A stretch of 64,000 nucleotides of DNA from contig LSLI01000001.1 in the NCBI GenBank assembly GCA_001577345.1, positions 6,764 to 70,763 on the forward strand. The letters run 5' to 3'. This stretch comes from Candidatus Gallionella acididurans. GTDB lineage: Bacteria > Pseudomonadota > Gammaproteobacteria > Burkholderiales > Gallionellaceae. Shown in pieces: positions 57,652 through 64,000 of this stretch (its first letter is position 1; each line of letters starts with the position of its first letter). The position numbers were made by a program, and so were the translations under genes. The notes beneath the pieces were generated by a model that saw only the letters and a list, made by a program, of their open reading frames with translations, had not been told where the DNA came from and did not search any database.

Positions 57652-58716
57652 TCAGAGTTCGGCGTACAGCCGGCCGCGGTTGAAAATGTTCTTCGGGTCG
57701 AAACTTGCCTTGATCCGCTGGTGTATCGCCAGCAGCGGTGCAGGCAATGGCTGGAAAATTTCGTCTGTTTGTTTGCCGCCGCGAAACGCGGTGACATGGC
57801 CGCCAACGCTTGCGATGCGATGGCGTAACGATGCAGGGTCTTCATTGCTGTACAACCAGCGTTGCGCGCCGCCCCAGTCCAGCAGCCAAGTGCCTTCGAT
57901 ATTTAGGGGCGGAGTCGCGGGTTTGACCATCACGCGGTACAGCGCGCCGTTGCGCTTGAAGAAAGGCAGCTGATGCTCGCGCAGCGCATGCCAGAAGGCA
58001 TCGGCATCCGGCAGCACGTCGCCGGCTATCTTGCTGCGCGCCTCCCGGACGGCCTGTGCGCTGCCGGAGATGCGTATATACAATTGTTCGCCGTGAAAGC
58101 ACGCGCCGTCCACCGGAAGCGGCTTGCCCAGCAAGGCACTCATGCTCGAGACTGCACCTGCCGCGTTGCATACTCTTGTAACGGTGATGCTGGCCGCCGG
58201 GCGCGGCAGCACCTTCAGGCTGAGCTCGAGCATGACGCCCAGCGTGCCATGGGCACCGACCATCAGCCGCGAGACGTCGTAGCCTGCGACGTTCTTCATC
58301 ACCTGTCCGCCGAAGCGCAGTATCTCGCCTCGGCCGTTGATCAGTTTGCAGCCCAGCACGGAATCGCGCGCGGATCCGCAGTAGGGGCGGCGCGGCCCGG
58401 ACAATCCGCACGCAATCGTGCCGCCCAGCGTGGCAGCCTCGCCGAAATGCGGCGGTTCGAACGCCAGCATCTGCTCGGCTTCGGCCAGTGCGGCTTCGAT
58501 CTCGTGCAGCGTGGTGCCGCTGCGCACCGTCAGCACCAGTTCGCGCGGATCGTACTCGACGATGCCGCGGTGCCCGGTGACATCGATAGCCTGTCCCCGG
58601 CTTGCGTTGCCGAGAAAAGCCTTGCTGCCGCTTGCGGAAATACTGAGTGGCGTCTCCTTATGGAACGCGTCCAGCACCTGTTGCTGCAGTGCAGCGCTGA
58701 TATCTGATTCAAGCAT
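57652..58716 (-). CDS. glcE: Glycolate dehydrogenase FAD subunit GlcE
   Basis: YDPRELVLTV, FEPPHFG, GGQVMKNVAGYDVSR and LDWGGAQRW. Confidence 0.95.
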   Translation of the reverse strand: MLESDISAALQQQVLDAFHKETPLSISASGSKAFLGNASRGQAIDVTGHRGIVEYDPRELVLTVRSGTTLHEIEAALAEAEQMLAFEPPHFGEAATLGGTIACGLSGPRRPYCGSARDSVLGCKLINGRGEILRFGGQVMKNVAGYDVSRLMVGAHGTLGVMLELSLKVLPRPAASITVTRVCNAAGAVSSMSALLGKPLPVDGACFHGEQLYIRISGSAQAVREARSKIAGDVLPDADAFWHALREHQLPFFKRNGALYRVMVKPATPPLNIEGTWLLDWGGAQRWLYSNEDPASLRHRIASVGGHVTAFRGGKQTDEIFQPLPAPLLAIHQRIKASFDPKNIFNRGRLYAEL

Positions 58717-58724
58717 GGGTGTCT

Positions 58725-60194
58725 TTAGAAGCGCTCCAGTTCGGGATGTGGGAGTTGTCCGTGGTGCACATGCATCGCGCCGAATTCGGCGCAGCGGCGC
58801 AGTGTAGGCACGGCCTTGCCCGGATTGAGCAGGCCGGAGGGATCGAATGCGGCCTTGACGGCGTGAAACTGGCTCAATTCTGCGCTGTGGAACTGGACGC
58901 ACATCTGGTCTATTTTTTCGACGCCGACCCCGTGCTCGCCGGTGATGGTGCCGCCGACTTCCACGCACAGTTGCAGGATGCTTCGGCCGAATTCCTCGGT
59001 GCGATGCAGCTCGCCTTCCTTGTTGGCGTCGAACAGGATCAACGGGTGCAGGTTGCCGTCCCCGGCGTGGAACACGTTGGCGACCGCCAATCCGTATTCG
59101 GCCGACATCTCGCCGATGCGGCGCAACACATGCGGCAACTGGCGGCGCGGTATCGTGCCATCCATGCAGTAATAATCAGGCGAGATGCGTCCCACGGCGG
59201 GGAAGGCTGATTTGCGCCCCTTCCAGAACAGCTGCCGCTCGGCCTCGTCCGCCGCGGTGCGCACTTCGGTCGCGCCGCTGGCTGTCAATATGTTGCGCAC
59301 CGCGAGGATGTATTCGGATACCTCGGCATGCGTGCCGTCCAGTTCGCACAGCAGGATGGCATCGGCATCGCGCGGATAACCCGCATGCACGAAATCCTCC
59401 GCCGCCCGGATGGCGAGCTTGTCCATCATTTCCAGACCGGCGGGGATGATGCCGGCGGCGATGATGGAGCCGACCGCCTCGCCCGCCTTCATCACATCGT
59501 CAAAGGCCGCCAGCACGACCTGTGCGCGTTCCGGTTTGGCCAACAGCTTGACGGTGATTTCGACGATCACGCCCAGCATGCCCTCGGAACCGGTCATCAG
59601 CGCCAGCAGGTCATAGCCGGGCGAGTCCAGCGTCTCGGCGCCTATGGTCAGCAGTTCGCCTTCCATAGTGACCACTTTCAGCATCAGGATATTGTGCACG
59701 GTCAGGCCGTATTTCAGGCAATGCACGCCACCGGAGTTTTCCGCGACATTGCCGCCTATCGTGCAGGCGATCTGCGACGAGGGGTCGGGCGCGTAATACA
59801 TGCCGTAGGCCGCCGCAGCTTCGGATATGGCCAGGTTGCGCACACCGGGTTGCACGGTAGCCATCGCGTTATGCACATCGATATTCAGGATGCGGTTGAA
59901 TTTTGCCAGACTCAGCAGCAGTCCGTCCGCCAGCGGCAGTGCGCCGCCGGAAAGACCGGTGCCCGCGCCGCGCGCCACTACCGGCACCCCGTGTGCATGG
60001 CACAGGCGCAGGATGCTTTGCACCTGCGCTACGGTTTCCGGCAGCGCCACGACCATGGGCAGCTGCCGGTAGACTGCCAGCCCGTCGCACTCGAACGGGC
60101 GCATATCCTCTGCATCCGCAAGCACGGATTCTGACGGCAATAAGCCGCGCAGCGCACTAATCAGTGCGGTATTGTTTTCGCGTAGATGAGGCAA
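58725..60194 (-). CDS. glcD: Glycolate dehydrogenase subunit GlcD
   Basis: ARGAGTGLSGGA, YAPDPSSQIAC, HCLKYG, HAGDGNLHP and EHGVGVEK. TTG start. Confidence 0.95.
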   Translation of the reverse strand: MPHLRENNTALISALRGLLPSESVLADAEDMRPFECDGLAVYRQLPMVVALPETVAQVQSILRLCHAHGVPVVARGAGTGLSGGALPLADGLLLSLAKFNRILNIDVHNAMATVQPGVRNLAISEAAAAYGMYYAPDPSSQIACTIGGNVAENSGGVHCLKYGLTVHNILMLKVVTMEGELLTIGAETLDSPGYDLLALMTGSEGMLGVIVEITVKLLAKPERAQVVLAAFDDVMKAGEAVGSIIAAGIIPAGLEMMDKLAIRAAEDFVHAGYPRDADAILLCELDGTHAEVSEYILAVRNILTASGATEVRTAADEAERQLFWKGRKSAFPAVGRISPDYYCMDGTIPRRQLPHVLRRIGEMSAEYGLAVANVFHAGDGNLHPLILFDANKEGELHRTEEFGRSILQLCVEVGGTITGEHGVGVEKIDQMCVQFHSAELSQFHAVKAAFDPSGLLNPGKAVPTLRRCAEFGAMHVHHGQLPHPELERF

Positions 60195-60437
60195 TGGAAC
60201 TCCGGGAAGCTGCGTTTGTAAAATTTATTTATGCAAGCATATTAAGTTAGTCGGGTATAAAATTCCAGCGGAATGAACGGCAGGGTTCACAGCGGAGCAG
60301 GCAGGATAATACAGCCCAAATCTGTATTCTTGCCGCGGCCATGGAATTTGCCGTTGGCGGGAGCAGGTGGCCGGTCGATAACGGGCTGCAGCCGCTGCAA
60401 TGTTTACGGGATACTTTACAAAGGAAATATTTTAGTC

Positions 60438-61040
60438 ATGAATAAATGGGATGAACGTTACGCCAGTGAGGAATTCTATTTTGGAACAAAGCCGAATGAT
60501 TTTCTGGTTTCGCAACGGCTTCTGTTGAAACCGGGCATGAGCTGCCTCGCGGTGGCCGACGGGGAAGGGCGCAACGGCGTGTGGTTGGCGCAGCAGGGTT
60601 TGCGGGTGCTGTCGGTGGAAGCGTCACCGGTGGCTCTGGAAAAGGCGCGCAAGCTGGCCGAACAGCGCGGCGTTATCGTGGAATTCGAGCAGGCCGATCT
60701 AAGCCAGTGGCAATGGGGCGAAAACCGCTTCGATATGGTGGCGGCGATCTTTATCCAGTTCGCGGATCCCGCATTGCGCGAACAAATGTTCGCGGGCATC
60801 AGGCGCTGCCTGAAACCGGGCGGGTTGCTGTTGCTGCAAGGCTACACTCCGCGCCAGCTCGAGTACAAGACCGGCGGCCCGCCGGCGGCGGAGAACATGT
60901 ACACCGAAGCATTGTTGCGTGAAGCGTTCGGCGACATGGAAATCATTCATCTGCGCGAGCATGACGATCATGTCAGCGAAGGCGCGGGACACAGCGGCAT
61001 ATCGGCATTGATCGACCTGGTGGCGCGCAAGGTTGCTTGA
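60438..61040 (+). CDS. Class I SAM-dependent methyltransferase (TehB-like)
   Basis: WDERY, VADGEGRNGVWLA and LKPGGLLLL. Confidence 0.85.
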   Translation: MNKWDERYASEEFYFGTKPNDFLVSQRLLLKPGMSCLAVADGEGRNGVWLAQQGLRVLSVEASPVALEKARKLAEQRGVIVEFEQADLSQWQWGENRFDMVAAIFIQFADPALREQMFAGIRRCLKPGGLLLLQGYTPRQLEYKTGGPPAAENMYTEALLREAFGDMEIIHLREHDDHVSEGAGHSGISALIDLVARKVA

Positions 61041-61240
61041 ACGGGGCAGGCATTGCTTTATTGCTACAGTTCCGGTTGCCGGTCCGGTCACCAGCCATGG
61101 CCGACAGGTTTTTGTTCTTGGTCCCCCTGCACTATCGTGTAGTGGTATGCCCGGAAAAAAATAAGGTTTAATATGGCACGTACATTCGTTTCAAGTGACA
61201 CCATGGCCGTGTGTGGCAGCGGTGAATGCAGCAAGGGGGG

Positions 61241-62698
61241 ATGATGAAATTAAGCAAGCCGGCAGGTTTGATGTTCTCCGGATTGTTGTTGGCTTCTGGC
61301 GGAGTCTATGCCCAAAAGGCCGACGATAGTGAAGTCGGCAGCGCTGCGGCAAAGTCAGCGCAGGCCAGGCGCGAAGCCGAAGACAGAAAAAAAGCCGGAA
61401 GCGACGCGCGGGAGAAATTGCTGCCCGACGCCGAAGCGCTGATCAAAAACGGCAAGCCGGAGTTAGCCTACAAGCTGCTGGAAGCGTCAGAGTTTGAACG
61501 TTCCGGCGAAGTGCGCTTTGATTATCTGCTCGGTGTTGCCGCGCTGGATAGCGGCAAGCCGGACAAGGCGACACTCGCCTTCGAGCGGGTGCTGATGGTA
61601 GACCCGAATTTTGCCGGTGCACGCATGGACATGGCGCGTGCCTATTACCAGTTGGGCGACCTGCAGCGCGCCAATTTGGAATTTGAAGCAGTATTGAAGC
61701 AGGATCCTCCCGCAGCGGCGCGCGCCACGATCCGCAAATACCTTGATGCGATTGCCGCGCTGGATACCAGCAGGCAGACGCGCATCAACAGCTATGTCGA
61801 GGCGACTGTCGGGCGTGACAGCAACGTCAATAACTCCACTGACCAATCACAGATCAGTATCCCGTCTCTGGGCAATATTGTCGCCACGCTGAATCCCTCC
61901 GATGTAAAAGCATCCGACAACTATTATGGCGTGGCTGCCGGAACCGGGGTTGTTCACAGCCTGGATAACAACTGGGGATTATATGCCGGAGCGGATCTGC
62001 ATCAGCGCGGCTACCACACGCAAACAAGTTTTGATTCGGTCGATTTGGGCGGGCGCGCCGGCATGATGTACGGCACGCAAGACAACCGGGTGCGCGCGGG
62101 CATGCTGGCTGAGGAGAATACACTGGGCAATGCGCGCAACTTTAATGCCGCGGGTCTGGATACGGAATGGGCACATGTGTTTGATCCGGGCAATCAGGTG
62201 AATTTATTCGGACAGTATCTGCAATATCGCTTTGCGCAAACCGTTATGCAGGTGAACGATTTCAATCAGCAGGTGATCGGCGCGGGTTGGCAGCACGTGC
62301 TCGCCGGCGGGAAATCAGTGCTGTCCGGTGCGCTCTATTACGGCACGGAGCAGGATGTCTCGACGATCATCACACCGGCCACTCCCGATGGCGGGCGTAT
62401 CGACGGCGCGATGCATTTCAACGGTTTGCGCGTCGGCGGCCAGACAGAAGTCTTTGAAAAATTGACCCTGTTCGCCAATGCGGGTGCGCAGGTGGGCGAC
62501 TACAGCAGGGTCAATACTTATTTCCTGAACCAGCGCGCAGACAAGCTGTATCAATTGACGCTGGGTTTGAATTGGCATGTGTACAAATACTGGACGGTGC
62601 GCCCGCAGCTGGATTATGCGCGCAACGACTCGAATATCGTCATTTACAGCTACAATCGCACCGATGTTTCGCTGACGCTGCGGCGCGATTTCCAATAG
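61241..62698 (+). CDS. TPR plus outer-membrane beta-barrel protein (Slam/DUF560-like)
   Basis: Signal peptide, TPR helices (AFERVLMVDPNFAGARMDMARAYYQLG), G-x-D-S-N-V-N barrel start, alternating beta-strands and a C-terminal LTLRRDFQ. Confidence 0.7.
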   Translation: MMKLSKPAGLMFSGLLLASGGVYAQKADDSEVGSAAAKSAQARREAEDRKKAGSDAREKLLPDAEALIKNGKPELAYKLLEASEFERSGEVRFDYLLGVAALDSGKPDKATLAFERVLMVDPNFAGARMDMARAYYQLGDLQRANLEFEAVLKQDPPAAARATIRKYLDAIAALDTSRQTRINSYVEATVGRDSNVNNSTDQSQISIPSLGNIVATLNPSDVKASDNYYGVAAGTGVVHSLDNNWGLYAGADLHQRGYHTQTSFDSVDLGGRAGMMYGTQDNRVRAGMLAEENTLGNARNFNAAGLDTEWAHVFDPGNQVNLFGQYLQYRFAQTVMQVNDFNQQVIGAGWQHVLAGGKSVLSGALYYGTEQDVSTIITPATPDGGRIDGAMHFNGLRVGGQTEVFEKLTLFANAGAQVGDYSRVNTYFLNQRADKLYQLTLGLNWHVYKYWTVRPQLDYARNDSNIVIYSYNRTDVSLTLRRDFQ

Positions 62699-62721
62699 GC
62701 AATACTTGAGCGGGGTGTGAC

Positions 62722-63630
62722 ATGAAAAGTCTGGGCAATGCGTTATTTCACCTGGCGGCTGCGCTGGCGCTGGCCTGCGCTTGCGGCAGCGTTTATGCCG
62801 CTGTCGCGGGACATGTGCAATTTGTGTACGGGACGGTTCAGCTGACAACCGGGACCGGAAAGGCACATGCGATACAGAAAGGCGACGCGGTCAGCGAAGG
62901 CGATACCCTGACTACTGCAGCAACTGCCTCAGCGCAAATCAGCATGGAGGACGGCGGTTTCATTGCGGTTCGTCCGGATACCAGCCTCAAGTTCGACAGC
63001 TTCAGGTTTGCCGGCAAGCAAGACGGTAACGAGCAAAGTTTTTTTTCGCTGTTCAAAGGCGGATTCCGTGCCATCACCGGGCTGATCGGCAAGATCAACA
63101 AGGCAAATTACCGGATCACAACGCCATCGGCGACGCTGGGCATCCGCGGCACGGACCACGAAATCCTTGTGGTTGCACCGGGCAGTGCGATGGCCTTGCT
63201 GGCACCCGTCGGTACTTATGACAAGGTGAATCTGGGCGAGACCACCCTGACTACCGGCAAGGGCACACTGTCCATTTTGCCCAACCAGATGGGTTACGCT
63301 GGCGCGGCTGATCAAATGCCGCACTTGCAGCCGCTCAACCTCAAGATTTTCACTGTGGCACCGGCCCCGCAAGCCAAGGGTGGTGTGGACGATCAGGACA
63401 TACGTGATAATGCAGTGGTGGATAATGTTTTGCAGGGATCCTTGCCGGGCGGCGCACTTTCGCTCAATACCGGCGTTATGCAGGGGCAGGGTCTGGTCGT
63501 GGGTAGCATGGCCAATACCAACTTCATATTGCAACCCATCACTGCCACGGTGACAACGACAACGCCAAGTCTTTCTGTGACCGGACAACCAATTACTACA
63601 ACTACGACCAAGATATTGAGTTTATTCTAA
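62722..63630 (+). CDS. Exported FecR-domain protein with a Thr-rich tail
   Basis: Signal peptide; AGHVQFVYG, GDTLTT, KGGFRAITGLIGK and TPSATLGIRGT FecR-like motifs. Confidence 0.8.
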   Translation: MKSLGNALFHLAAALALACACGSVYAAVAGHVQFVYGTVQLTTGTGKAHAIQKGDAVSEGDTLTTAATASAQISMEDGGFIAVRPDTSLKFDSFRFAGKQDGNEQSFFSLFKGGFRAITGLIGKINKANYRITTPSATLGIRGTDHEILVVAPGSAMALLAPVGTYDKVNLGETTLTTGKGTLSILPNQMGYAGAADQMPHLQPLNLKIFTVAPAPQAKGGVDDQDIRDNAVVDNVLQGSLPGGALSLNTGVMQGQGLVVGSMANTNFILQPITATVTTTTPSLSVTGQPITTTTTKILSLF

Positions 63631-63693
63631 CGCGCCTGTGGTTTTGTCCATGGGCAAAACTCCGTTTCGTTTGTATCTGTCTATGCGGCGAGA

Positions 63694-64000
63694 TCAAACC
63701 TTGCTGCGTGCCCATCGCACGATGCCGACGGCATCCATCGCGCCCGCTTGCCGCGCCAACTCTTTTCCGCCCGCGAACAGCGCGAGGGTGGGAATGCTGC
63801 GGATGTTGTAGCGCGCCCCGATCTCCCGGGCCTCCTCGGTGTTCAGCTTTGCCAGGCGCATCCCGGGTTCCAGCTGTTTGGCAGCCTGCACAAAGGCGGG
63901 AGCCATCATTTTGCACGGGCCGCACCAGGGCGCCCAGAAATCCACCAGCACGGGTATGTCGTTGCGGCTGATGTGCAGCGCAAAATTGCCGCTGCCCAGT
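63694..64000 (-). CDS. Thioredoxin, TrxC-like (5' end lies beyond the window)
   Basis: VLVDFWAPWCGPC and IRSIPTL. The frame stays open to the window edge. Confidence 0.9.
   Translation of the reverse strand, partial: LGSGNFALHISRNDIPVLVDFWAPWCGPCKMMAPAFVQAAKQLEPGMRLAKLNTEEAREIGARYNIRSIPTLALFAGGKELARQAGAMDAVGIVRWARSKV

Noticed and set aside
61172-61190. TGGCACG upstream of the Slam-like gene (sigma54 -24 box)
   Set aside because: The -12 position reads TTCG instead of TTGC, so the essential GC is absent.

Overview
Core-chromosome segment of a GC-rich betaproteobacterium. Gene order, gene content and repeat families suggest a Gallionellaceae/Nitrosomonadales-like chemolithoautotroph, which is an inference. 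Housekeeping genes: metE (3' part), folB-like, proB, obgE, rpmA, rplU, rho, trxA, fdxA, addB-addA, sodB, rlmD, asmA-like, yccA, tRNA-Ser(TGA), queD, the moxR-DUF58-transglutaminase triad, alaA-hom-thrC and cynS. Accessory signalling loci: (i) an orphan type IV (pseudo)pilin co-transcribed with a HAMP-GAF-GGDEF-EAL protein; (ii) a TonB-dependent receptor, an ABC-type binding protein with no permease, and a BarA-like-sensor/PAS/GGDEF/EAL protein; (iii) a soluble PAS/GAF histidine kinase, a lone receiver and a REC-PAS-GAF-(degenerate GGDEF)-EAL protein; (iv) a TPR/beta-barrel (Slam/DUF560-like) protein with a FecR-domain protein. A glcD-glcE-glcF-alanine:glyoxylate aminotransferase-fhs cluster suggests an unusual glycolate (phosphoglycolate) salvage route. 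The window holds many small palindromic repeat families, several inserted in frame in addA, hom and the DUF58 gene, and a 218-bp element that occurs twice at the edge of c-di-GMP loci. I saw no CRISPR array, integrase or transposase. All calls come from motif recognition by eye; no searches were run.
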